Source of the DNA: a virus
Lineage: Duplodnaviria; Caudoviricetes
Length of the DNA: 64,000 bases
Virus record (IMG/VR): IMGVR_UViG_3300037313_001869
Location: 256,001-320,000 of that record
Reading direction: 5' to 3' (one strand)
Part shown: positions 13,913 to 22,870 of the stretch, piece by piece
Layout: each line of letters starts with the position of its first letter
Position numbering within the stretch: position 1 is the stretch's first letter
Notes under the pieces: generated by a model
Databases searched by the model: none
Seen by the model: the letters and a program-made list of their open reading frames with translations, nothing else
Told to the model about the DNA's origin: nothing
Translations under genes and position numbers: made by a program

Positions 13913-14439
13913 GGTGGAGATGCGCGGAATCGAACCGCGGTCCGTGAGGTGAGAAATCGAGCCTGCTACGTGCGTAGTCTCTCGCGGGCCCGAAGGCCCC
14001 ATCCAGAAGAGACAGTCCGGCCCGGCACCAGATTTTGCGCCGGGCTAACTCTATCTCAGACGCGAGACAGCAAGCGACTGACCGTCAAAGAATCGGGCCC
14101 TGCGCCGCCGGAGCCTGGCTCCCGCGTCCTATCCGTAACGCCAGCCGAGACGTGCCACCAAGGTCGCCCCTGGGTTCGTGCCGACTAGCCCTTTTACAAT
14201 GTGTCTCGTTCCCGAGGCCCCACGGCGAACCCCAGGCTACCAGCCCTTGTCGTTTGGTCGTCCCCATCCCGGCTACCAGGGCGATCTCACCCAGGACGAG
14301 TATCCTCTAAGGCCGCGAGGGCCGGCGAGGCGGCGAAGTTGTCGTTCGCAGGTGTGGTTGCCCCGTTGTTCAAGGCGGGCTGGGCGCCGCCTGCACGCAA
14401 ACTCGATCGATCACCCCCCGTCGAAACCATTTCATCCCC
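13913..14439 (-). ncRNA. ssrA: tmRNA, enlarged (~527 nt), tag ANDNFAASPALAA-TTA
   Basis: 5' GGGGATGAAATGGTTTCGAC; 3' GGTTCGATTCCGCGCATCTCCA with G3.U70; tag reading frame 14349-14311. Confidence 0.93.
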
Positions 14440-14493
14440 GGGGGTCTTCTCTCAAATACACCAGACCGAAGGGAGGCGCAAGAGGCGCCGACC

Positions 14494-14578
14494 GGTGCGG
14501 GAAGGGGGACTCGAACCCCCATGCCCAAGGGCCGCCAGGTTTGAGCTGGCGCTGTCTGCCGGTTCCAAGCATTCCCGC
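14494..14578 (-). tRNA. tRNA-Leu(CAA)
   Basis: loop CTCAAAC, long variable arm. Confidence 0.88.
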
Positions 14579-14618
14579 GAAACAACTATTTGTGCAAGGG
14601 ACTCTAGCGGAGATCCCC

Positions 14619-15320
14619 ATGCGCTACAACTACGATCGCCGCGCCAACGAGAACGAGCCCCAGTCCGTCGAGGCGACCGTCGAGGTCGAAGCGGCCGGCA
14701 AGAAGAAGCACCCGCACATCGTGGTCATGAACCGCGCCCTCGTGAAGCTCAAGCCGAAGTACGAGCAGTACCTCGCCAAGCTCTTCGGCGAGTCGTGGCA
14801 TGTCTCTGCCTACGAAGAGAGGATGATGGACTCGATCACCATCTCGGCCAGCTCCCCGATCAAGGCTGGGGGGTCGTGGGCGCTGGAGATTCGAGTGTCC
14901 CCCGAGGCGACCTGGAACCTCAAGGAGGACTCCAAACCCTTCTTCAGCGGGTGGGTGACCTTCACCGACCCGACCAAGCACCAGAGGGCCGAACGCCGCC
15001 TGAATGACACGCTCCCGGAGCAGTTCACCCCCGAGAACATCCTCGGCCCCATCGCCGACCGGATGAAGGCGGCCTACGGCGGCAGCGTCGACAAGGAGAC
15101 CGACGAGGTCAAGGAGTCGATCGAGAAGTGCCGCGAGAGCCTCGTCGAGGTGAGCTTCGCCCTCGACCAAGCCGAAAAGGCCATGGCCAAGGGCGACCTC
15201 AAGGCTGTCCTCGACGACCTGTCGAAGACCCTGCGGACGGTCAGCCGCTCCGCCTCGGATATCGAGAGCGAAGCGCTGCACACGGCCCAGATGCTCGAAA
15301 AGCTCCAGCAGCTCAAGTTA
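14619..15320 (+). CDS. hypothetical protein; ends at TTA
   Basis: MRYNYDRRA...LEKLQQLK then TTA opposite a convergent TAA. Confidence 0.7.
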
Positions 15321-16169
15321 GGACTGGTTCGCCACCTTGAGGAAGGTGGCGAGGTCCGCTTCCAGCATGAGCTTTTGAGCGAGCATCGTATCGGCGTCGG
15401 GCACCTCGTAGTTCCTGGGGTAGATGCAGTAGGACCGCAGGACCTTGCCCGACGCCGGATCGATCTTCTTGACGTTGTTCGACCGGCCCCGGTTGATGCG
15501 GTAGAGGTTGCCGTCCTGGCCGGCGACATCGAAGTAGTTGTGCGCCGTCAGGTCGGCGTTCTGCTTCGCCGAGAGGGTACCGCGAAGGAGCTTCTCGGCT
15601 CTCCCCCGAGCCTCGGCCCGCTCGGCCTCGTAGACCTTCCGCCGCTCCTCGGCTTCAGCCTCCCGGCGAGCGTACGCGGCCCGCTCTTCGTCGGTCATGA
15701 CCCGATGGGAAAGGCGAGCGATGCCCCGAAGGTTGAGAACGGGGGTGCCGATCTCGTCGGCCCACGGGAACCCGCCATCCCCTACGTCCACCATCCCGAG
15801 GAGGTCCATCTCGGTGACCCCCGCGACCTGGGCAGTCGAGAAGATGAGCGCCCGGTTGCCCTGGGGCACGTAGACATGGGTACCCGTCGTGATGGTCGTG
15901 CTCAGCGTGGTACTGAGCACCGTGGTCGCCTCGGCGGGAATGGCTCGAACGACCATCGGCCCGACGGGGAGCACGGCGGGAACAGCCGTCGTCGCCGAGG
16001 TGGCCGTCACCGTGTAGCCCGAGAGGACGTAGGTGGGCATGTCAGAGATGCCCACGGTGACTGTGCCCGCCGTGGTTGCACTTACCATGGTTGCGCTCGC
16101 CGTGAAGGTCAGGACGTTCGTGGACAGCGTCGCCGCGACCGTGTTGGTCTCAAGGTCGAGCATGACCAT
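15318..16169 (-). CDS. hypothetical protein, partner of the upstream GG-ending protein
   Basis: ATG directly after TTA; Thr-rich N-terminus, C-terminal RSYCIYP...DTMLAQKLML. Confidence 0.7.
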   Translation of the reverse strand: MVMLDLETNTVAATLSTNVLTFTASATMVSATTAGTVTVGISDMPTYVLSGYTVTATSATTAVPAVLPVGPMVVRAIPAEATTVLSTTLSTTITTGTHVYVPQGNRALIFSTAQVAGVTEMDLLGMVDVGDGGFPWADEIGTPVLNLRGIARLSHRVMTDEERAAYARREAEAEERRKVYEAERAEARGRAEKLLRGTLSAKQNADLTAHNYFDVAGQDGNLYRINRGRSNNVKKIDPASGKVLRSYCIYPRNYEVPDADTMLAQKLMLEADLATFLKVANQS

Positions 16170-16436
16170 TAAACCCCCCTGCATCGGGGGAACGAAGATG
16201 ACCTGCTGCGCCCTCGGGTCGAACTCGGCCATCATCTCCCCCCGGGCGCCGTCCTCGCCCTCGACCCGGAAGGCGACGTACTTCTGGCTGCGGAAGTAGT
16301 CGAAGCTCCGGCGAGCGTTCTCGACCTCGGCCTCGCTGTCCACGTCCCAGGTGATCTTCGTGTCGCCCTCACGGCCCATGACGGCCATCTCGTGGCGGCG
16401 CGGCGTGGTGGCGGAAACGGCAGCGTTCATGCTCAT
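16170..16436 (-). CDS. small protein ending in C-terminal Gly-Gly; ends at TTA
   Basis: GDTKITWD...VIFVPPMQGG-TTA-ATG. Confidence 0.75.
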
Positions 16437-16697
16437 CGGCATCTCCATTTCGATCTGAGAAACTGCGGGTGTTCCGTCCATACACCGCAGCGCGCCAGGT
16501 TGCCAGGCTCTAGGAGCCGACAGAGCCCCGGTTCCTTTTATGAGCGCCGATGAAGGAGAGCGTACCGGGATGGAAACACCCCGGACGGGCGAGGTTTCTT
16601 TACCTAACGCCGACCTTCCCCCCAGGAAGTCCCTCACAAATCGTAACGGATCGGATTTCGAGATCCCCGGTGGGGCGGCCTTTTCCTGGAGTTTCCC

Positions 16698-17975
16698 ATG
16701 TTTACGTGGACCGAATCTCGCCTCCGGCGAGCCCAGAAGATCCTCGGCCAGTACGCCGTGAGCGAGTTCCGGAGCGCGCTCGCGAAGATGAGCAGGGCGT
16801 TCGATCACGAAGTGAGCCAGAGTGCCCTGCACTCGGCCTTTGCCCGAAACGAACTCGGCGCTCCGACGAGCTACTGCAAGGCCGACGAGGAGCTGCCCAC
16901 GCCGGCCAAAGCGGCGAAGCCTGCCAAGGCGTTCATCTCCGCCAAGGCCGAGCCGATGAACGAGCCGATGCAGAAGCTCATCGAGGCGACCAAGAAAAAG
17001 GCGCCCGTGTCGGTCGGCGACCTCTGCGACAAGCTCGACATGGCCCCCTCGAAGCTCCGGGCCCTCATCGTCTCGGCCCGGGCGCAGGGCATCGAGATCC
17101 ACGTCGAGCACGATCACGTCGGGCTCCAGATGGACAAGCCCAGCTCCCGCGTACAGAAGGTCGGCGTCGCGCCGGTCATTGGCGAGCGGCAGAAGGTCGC
17201 TGTCATCAGCGACACCCACCTTGGCAGCAAATACTGCCTCAGGGCGCAGCTCCGAGAGTTCATCCACTACGCCTACAGCCAGGGCGTGCGCGAGATCCTT
17301 CACCCCGGAGACGTGCTCGACGGCATGTACCGCCACGGCATGTTCGAGGTCTCCCACGTCAGCGTAGACGACCAAGCCCAAGACCTCTTCGACACCCTGC
17401 CCCAGCTCCCCGGCCTCACCTACCACGGGATCACCGGCAACCACGACTTCACGTTCACCGAGCACAGCGGCCTTCAGATCGGCCCCTACCTCACCAACTA
17501 CTTCCGCGAGAGGGGCCGGAACGATCTCCACTTCTACGGCAACCGATCGGCCTTTCTGAAGGTCCGCGGCGCCGTCGTGCATCTCTGGCACCCGAAGAAG
17601 AACACGGGTTTCGCCAAGTCGTACGCGATGCAGAAAAACATCGAGAAGTACAGCTCGGGAGAGAAGCCGAACATCCTCCTCGTCGGCCACTGGCACATCT
17701 TCTGCCAGGTCGAAGAGCGAGCCGTTCACGGCATCGCCTGCCCCACCTTCCAGGGCGGCGGATCGGCGTTCTCGAAGTCGCTCGGCGGAGCGCCGGCCAT
17801 CGGAGGGCTCATCCTCTCGTGGGACCTCACCCGCGACGGAACGATGAGGAGCTTCGCGGTCGAGAAGCGCAGCTACTTCGAGGAGGAGCGCCCGTACGTC
17901 GTCGGCGACGAGCCCCGCGAGGAGATCCGCATCCCCCAGCGTCAAGAGCCCAAGAAGCGCATCAACCGCCGCTGA
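16698..17975 (+). CDS. HTH plus calcineurin-like metallophosphoesterase
   Basis: DTHLG, GDVLDG, GNHD, GHWH. Confidence 0.85.
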   Translation: MFTWTESRLRRAQKILGQYAVSEFRSALAKMSRAFDHEVSQSALHSAFARNELGAPTSYCKADEELPTPAKAAKPAKAFISAKAEPMNEPMQKLIEATKKKAPVSVGDLCDKLDMAPSKLRALIVSARAQGIEIHVEHDHVGLQMDKPSSRVQKVGVAPVIGERQKVAVISDTHLGSKYCLRAQLREFIHYAYSQGVREILHPGDVLDGMYRHGMFEVSHVSVDDQAQDLFDTLPQLPGLTYHGITGNHDFTFTEHSGLQIGPYLTNYFRERGRNDLHFYGNRSAFLKVRGAVVHLWHPKKNTGFAKSYAMQKNIEKYSSGEKPNILLVGHWHIFCQVEERAVHGIACPTFQGGGSAFSKSLGGAPAIGGLILSWDLTRDGTMRSFAVEKRSYFEEERPYVVGDEPREEIRIPQRQEPKKRINRR

Positions 17976-17997
17976 GCCGGTGAGAGGACCACGACCC

Positions 17998-18615
17998 ATG
18001 ATCGAGAGCATCACGATCGATCCCCAGATCAAGGTCCGCGACCCGAGTGAGCTTCTGATGCTCCCGAGGGTCTTGCGCGTCCGGAGCTTCAACGAAGAGG
18101 CTTGCAAAGCGTTCGCCAAGGAGATGAGCCTCGCTCACCAGACCGGGCAGAACATCATCCCCGTGGTCATCGACTCCTACGGCGGCACCGTCTACTCGCT
18201 CCTCTCGATGATCGACACGATCGAGGCGGCCAAGCTGCCAGTGGCTACGATCGCCGAGGGCAAGGCCATGAGCTGCGGGGCGGTCCTTCTCACCTGCGGA
18301 ACCCCGGGCTACCGGTACATCGGCCCCAACGCCACGCTCATGATCCATGACGTGACCGGAGGCAGCAGCCGGACCAAGAGCGAAGAGCTGAAGATGAGCG
18401 CCCGGGAGATCGGGCGGCTCAACAAAAAGCTCTGGCGCATCCTGGAGAAGAACACGGGCAAGGAGAAGGGCGCTCTGTGGAACATGAGCCAGGATCGGGC
18501 GCGGACCGACTGGTACATCCTGCCTAAGCAGGCTGTCTCGCACGGGTTCGCAGACTACGTCGGCGTACCCACGTTCGAGACCACCGTGTCGGTCAAGACA
18601 ACGCTGACACTGTAG
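17998..18615 (+). CDS. clpP: ClpP-family protease
   Basis: SYGG, GKAMSCG, LMIHD. Confidence 0.85.
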   Translation: MIESITIDPQIKVRDPSELLMLPRVLRVRSFNEEACKAFAKEMSLAHQTGQNIIPVVIDSYGGTVYSLLSMIDTIEAAKLPVATIAEGKAMSCGAVLLTCGTPGYRYIGPNATLMIHDVTGGSSRTKSEELKMSAREIGRLNKKLWRILEKNTGKEKGALWNMSQDRARTDWYILPKQAVSHGFADYVGVPTFETTVSVKTTLTL

Positions 18616-18689
18616 GTGCGGGACCAGGGGATCGAACCCTGCTAAACCAGCGTGTCACACTGGTGCTCTCACCAGAGAGCGAGTCCCGC
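18615..18689 (-). tRNA. tRNA-Val(GAC)
   Basis: loop GTGACAC, GTTCGATCC. Confidence 0.85.
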
Positions 18690-18736
18690 GAAAGAAGGCC
18701 CGGCTCCCCAGATAAGGGGGCCGGGCCTTCGGCCGT

Positions 18737-19105
18737 TCAGCTAGCCTGCCTCTTCAGGCGGACCTCGCTCGAACGGGGGATGGGGATGACGTTCTCCCCT
18801 TCGTCTTCGTCGCTGTTGCTCTCGGCGAAGGGGTCACGCCCGAGCGCCGCCTCGATCTTCGCATCCTCCTCGGCCATCTCGGACCGCAGGACCTCGCGCC
18901 AGTTCGGCCCGTAGGTGCAGGCCATCAGCTCAGGGTCGATGGGGTCCGGCTTGCGCGTCTCGTAAGGGACCTGCTTGCGTGCGGTCGGGGCAGACGACCG
19001 GGAGAGCAGGTCTTGGCAGGCATCGGCGAGCGTCTTCTTCTTCGGCTTGAGCGGCTCGCGAGGCGGGGGTTGTTTCTTACTGGCCCGAGAGGAGCGAAAA
19101 GACAT
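18737..19105 (-). CDS. hypothetical protein
   Basis: 122-aa ORF followed by a hairpin. Confidence 0.55.
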   Translation of the reverse strand: MSFRSSRASKKQPPPREPLKPKKKTLADACQDLLSRSSAPTARKQVPYETRKPDPIDPELMACTYGPNWREVLRSEMAEEDAKIEAALGRDPFAESNSDEDEGENVIPIPRSSEVRLKRQAS

Positions 19106-19199
19106 GAAGTCTCCGCGGTTAGGGGTCCACCATAGTCCAAACTAAAAAGGACTAGGTACTCTCGAAGACCACTAGCGAAGTTATCCGGATCTCCCGGGT

Positions 19200-19961
19200 A
19201 TGAGGACTTTGCCCATCACCCGTCCGGCCGACGCACCGGGCGGTCACGAGTTCATGAACCGCCACCTTCACACACCGAGGGCCGAGCGAGAGAAGGCGTT
19301 CACCGCCGAGATCCTCTCGGGAAACGTGCCCCCGCTCCACACCCGGCTCGCGGAGGTGACCTTCAACGAAAGTGGCCACGAGGCCACGCTCTTCGTCTGC
19401 CCCGACTACCTCTCGATCGGCAGCGACACGGACTTCGTCCGGACGCCGCTCGACCCCCACTCGGCCCAGGCCATCGCCGACGCCTTCGACTGCCTTCTGC
19501 CCACGAAGAAGATGGTCGACCTCATCTGGAAGAACGCCACGGTCAAGCTCGCCCCCCAGCCCTGGGGCCCGCCCTACGACTCGTCGATGATGAGCACCGA
19601 GCGCTACATCGCCCACAACGATCGGGTCGAGGCCCAGTGGGACAAGGCCGGCTATGGCATCGGCAACCTCGTCGCCGGGCACAAGAAGGACGTGGTCATC
19701 ACGAACGTGCTCGCGAACAACCCGACCCGCGTGGCCATCTACGGCTGGCACCAGCTCGACGGCAAGGCCATCCAGGGCCCCGGCGTGCAAGCGAAGGCCC
19801 ACGAGGACACCTACGCCGACTACGCCCACGGCATCCGGCTGATCTCGAAGACCATGCTCCTCGACGGGGCCGAGGTCGCCGTGACCGACGTGCTCGCCGA
19901 CAAGGCCCTTTGCTCGCTTCTCAGCGAAGAGGGACCCGTCCTGAAGGCGCGCTACTTCTAG
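19200..19961 (+). CDS. conserved-looking hypothetical enzyme
   Basis: AGHKKDVV, IYGWH, YADYAHGIRL; family not assigned. Confidence 0.7.
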   Translation: MRTLPITRPADAPGGHEFMNRHLHTPRAEREKAFTAEILSGNVPPLHTRLAEVTFNESGHEATLFVCPDYLSIGSDTDFVRTPLDPHSAQAIADAFDCLLPTKKMVDLIWKNATVKLAPQPWGPPYDSSMMSTERYIAHNDRVEAQWDKAGYGIGNLVAGHKKDVVITNVLANNPTRVAIYGWHQLDGKAIQGPGVQAKAHEDTYADYAHGIRLISKTMLLDGAEVAVTDVLADKALCSLLSEEGPVLKARYF

Positions 19962-20034
19962 TACGAGGTGAGAGGATCGAACTCTCCTGCAACGGTTTGT
20001 AGGACCGCGCCCATCACCAGACGGGGGACCTCGC
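19961..20034 (-). tRNA. tRNA-Val(TAC)
   Basis: loop CCTACAA (C33). Confidence 0.8.
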
Positions 20035-20058
20035 GTGAGGGCCCCCGAAGGGGCCCTT

Positions 20059-20508
20059 TCAGATCGTATCCTTGTCGAGCCGGTCGAACCGGCTCGTCGG
20101 GGGCTTCTCCGGCGCCCAATCGGCCGCCGAAGGGCACCAGTCGTTACGGCGCTTACGGGCCGCGTTGAACTTCGTACCGTCATCGAACGGCAGCATGTGA
20201 ACGTCGGAGACTACGTAACCGCGGAGCATCGGCCGGATCTCCTCCCGGGGTTCGACGACGATGACCGTGCCCCCCTTCGGGAGCTTGCGGACCTCGTCAG
20301 CGATCTTCTGCTTGGCCTCGGGGATCGTGGCCTGCGCAAGGGTCAGCTCTTGGACCATCTTGGCCGCGTGGCTCTCGGCTTGCTGAAACCGGAGCAGGTA
20401 CCCCTGCTCGCCGGTCTCATCCGAGACGTAGACCTGGAACGAAGGGGAGGCGAGCCCGAGGGCTTCGAGATCGGCTTTGACGACCGTGAAGTAGACGTAC
20501 TCGGGCAT
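20059..20508 (-). CDS. hypothetical protein with C-terminal SRFDR motif
   Basis: ORF with GGAG SD. Confidence 0.65.
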   Translation of the reverse strand: MPEYVYFTVVKADLEALGLASPSFQVYVSDETGEQGYLLRFQQAESHAAKMVQELTLAQATIPEAKQKIADEVRKLPKGGTVIVVEPREEIRPMLRGYVVSDVHMLPFDDGTKFNAARKRRNDWCPSAADWAPEKPPTSRFDRLDKDTI

Positions 20509-20524
20509 CGGTCTTCTCCCTCAG

Positions 20525-20806
20525 CTACTCTGGCGGAAGAGTCGGCAAGGCGGCAAGGATCTTGTCGGTGATGTCCCCGGCCATGTCCCGCAGCGCGTCC
20601 CACGTCTCGTCCGTCACCGACTCAGGGCGGTCGAGGATGATCCGCTTGCCGAGGTCGATCCGCACGCCCGAGGTGCGGCCCGTGTAGGGGTGTCGGAGCG
20701 TGAGCAGGAGCAAGGGCAAGACGCTGTCTTTTCGGTAGGTAGCCCCCGACAGCTCCCAACCCCCACCTACTTCGCCCGTGAGCGGTACCTTGATCGTATC
20801 GGCCAT
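20525..20806 (-). CDS. hypothetical protein
   Basis: CGGTGTA-N10-ATG upstream. Confidence 0.65.
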   Translation of the reverse strand: MADTIKVPLTGEVGGGWELSGATYRKDSVLPLLLLTLRHPYTGRTSGVRIDLGKRIILDRPESVTDETWDALRDMAGDITDKILAALPTLPPE

Positions 20807-20827
20807 ACCCCGGCTCTACACCGGGAC

Positions 20828-20898
20828 GGTCGCTGTGGAGGGACTCGAACCCTCGCGGCCGGTCTTATGAGGACCGCCTCTCGCCTTGAGTCACAGCG
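20828..20898 (-). tRNA. tRNA-Met/Ile2(CAT)
   Basis: loop CTCATAA, short D arm. Confidence 0.8.
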
Positions 20899-20987
20899 GT
20901 TGGGGGGGCCATCGGGGAGGCGGCCCCATTTCCTCTGTGTCACGGGGGCTCCACGGCGCAAGACGTGAAACTACGGCCCCCGCTCCC

Positions 20988-21060
20988 GGCGCCCCCGCCA
21001 AGAGTCGAACTTGGCGCGCAGCCTTCGGAGGGCTGCTCCGGCATCCGGCCGGACGGGGGC
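20988..21060 (-). tRNA. tRNA-Arg(CCG)
   Basis: loop CTCCGAA. Confidence 0.82.
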
Positions 21061-21218
21061 ATTGAAAAAATCGTTTATGAAACCGTATCGGCTAAGAGCC
21101 ATGCGCCCCCTGAAGGCACGCCTCAAACCCGTTCGCGAGTTCCTGCTTCTCATGCCCATCGTGCTGGCCCTTACGGCCCTCGTGAGCCCCTTTCTCTCCT
21201 GCACGAGGAAGGCATTCG

Positions 21219-21296
21219 GGCACCCCCGGGTGGACTCGAACCACCGCTAGACCCGGTTCCGAAGACCGGCGCTCTATCCGACTGAGCTACGGGGGC
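21219..21296 (-). tRNA. tRNA-Arg(TCG)
   Basis: loop CTTCGGA. Confidence 0.88.
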
Positions 21297-21537
21297 TCGT
21301 GTCTTGTCTGGGCGGTCCAAACCGCCCATGGAACTGGACCGTGCTCCACTCGATCTGGCAGGTGATGCCCGATCGGCTCCGGGTGATGAGCGCCCAGACG
21401 GTCAGGTCGTCGTCGAAAAGCGGTACCCGGTTACCGATGAGCAACTGCCTCTCTTGGAGGAGGTCGAGAAGCTCGGCAGGGGCCGCGATGCTGTCGTTCT
21501 CGTTGCGGGTAGAGAAGTCGACCCGGAAGCTGCGCAT
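21274..21537 (-). CDS. hypothetical protein
   Basis: CGGTGTC-N9-ATG upstream. Confidence 0.5.
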   Translation of the reverse strand: MRSFRVDFSTRNENDSIAAPAELLDLLQERQLLIGNRVPLFDDDLTVWALITRSRSGITCQIEWSTVQFHGRFGPPRQDTSPRSSVG

Positions 21538-21610
21538 GTCTCCCTAGACACCGGTACGGAGCTGGTCCTCTTATCGAGGGGGGGTGGGTACCTGCCGAAA
21601 GGACCGCCCC

Positions 21611-21820
21611 ATGCAGTTCCGGGTGTCGTACCGCCGAGAGGAAGAGGGCTGGCTCGCCAGCATCTACGCCGTGCCCGGCTGCCACGTCGAGGTCGCCTCG
21701 AAGGACGAGGCCCACGCGAGGCTTCGAGAGGTGCTGCGGTTCTTTTTCGACGACGCCGACGAGGCCGTCTTCACCGACGAGCCGACAAGGGCGCCCCCGG
21801 CAGGAGTCGAACCCGCCTGA
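21611..21820 (+). CDS. HicB-like small protein
   Basis: EEEGWLASIYAVPGCH...EAHARLREVL. Confidence 0.65.
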   Translation: MQFRVSYRREEEGWLASIYAVPGCHVEVASKDEAHARLREVLRFFFDDADEAVFTDEPTRAPPAGVEPA

Positions 21821-21865
21821 TGCCGGGTAGAAGCCGGCCGCCTACTCCGATCGAGCCACGGGGGC
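21790..21865 (-). tRNA. tRNA-Arg(TCT)
   Basis: loop CTTCTAC. Confidence 0.87.
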
Positions 21866-21866
21866 G

Positions 21867-22469
21867 TAAGCGGATCTTTCGGACGAGAGCCGGGTAGGAG
21901 ACGCTCATCGTCAGGGTGAGCGAGCCGCCCTGGCCCTTCGCGTCGATCTTGGCCCGGGCCATGGCGTCCGAAGCATCGGACGCCGCGTCCGATTCAGCCC
22001 GAAGCTTGGCCCGGGCGTGGGCGTCATCTTCGTCCGCGAGGTACTCGTCGGCCCGCTCGCGCATCGAATCGAAGTCCATCCGAAGCTCACGAACGATGGC
22101 GCTGTAGAGGGCGCCGTTCGCGAGCAGCCCGCCCGGGTCGGAGACCTGAACCACCTGGTTCTTGCGGAAGGCATCGGCGAGCATGTCGAGCACCTTCGAC
22201 CCGTACGACCGGGGCAACACGAGGGCGCCCGGAGTCGGACGAGAGGGTACCGTGGGCTCGGGAGCGTGCCGAGGCCCGCCGCTCTTGCGCTCGATGTCGT
22301 CGAGCACGGCGAGCTGCTTCGGAGAGAGAGTCCGGCCCCGCTCGGCCTGCTGCAAGATCGACTGAAGGAAGTTGCTCCGCTCATACCCCGGAATAGCCCG
22401 GATGCGATCGGGGACCGAGGTGGCGGCGAGCTTGTAAGCCCGCACGACGCGGGGCACGAGAGGGTCCAT
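21867..22469 (-). CDS. RVAR-motif protein; ends at TTA just before tRNA-Arg
   Basis: MDPLVPRVVRAY; TTA at 21869-21867. Confidence 0.7.
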
Positions 22470-22498
22470 GCCCCAAGCGGGCTCATAAAAAGAACGAG

Positions 22499-22569
22499 AG
22501 CGGGTGAGGGGAATCGAACCCCCTCCTTCGCGTTGGCAACGCGATGCTCGACCTTCGAGCTACACCCGC
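22499..22569 (-). tRNA. tRNA-Gly(GCC)
   Basis: loop TTGCCAA. Confidence 0.9.
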
Positions 22570-22712
22570 ATTGGGGTACTTTTACGCCCGGAGCCCTTCC
22601 GCGGAGGAATCCCCGAACGCTTCGTAGGCGGGCCATAGTACCAAACCCAAGTGCCCTACGGGGAGCGCAGCAACGCATCCGGGGGCGGTCCTACTAGGTC
22701 CCCGAAGGGACC

Positions 22713-22787
22713 GGAGCTGGCTGCGGGGATCGAACCCGCCTAACCCGCTTACCACGCGGGGGCCCTCACCATGATGGCTCAGCCAGC
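22713..22787 (-). tRNA. tRNA-Thr(GGT)
   Basis: loop GTGGTAA. Confidence 0.82.
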
Positions 22788-22870
22788 AAAATTTATATGG
22801 GATCTTCGGCCTACGTCAACCTGAGGCTGAGGAAGTGACCCGCGGTTCTACTTGTGAAAGGCGGGTGTCG

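Noticed and set aside
13990-14290. Group I intron in the tmRNA
   Set aside because: T-loop is intact and no recognisable P7 core was seen; treated as a pseudoknot-region expansion.
14178-18119. 664-aa (+) and 933-aa (-) ORFs in the track
   Set aside because: Composites produced by reading through TTA and through tmRNA, tRNA or antisense sequence; they resolve into 14619-15320, 15318-16169 and 16170-16436.
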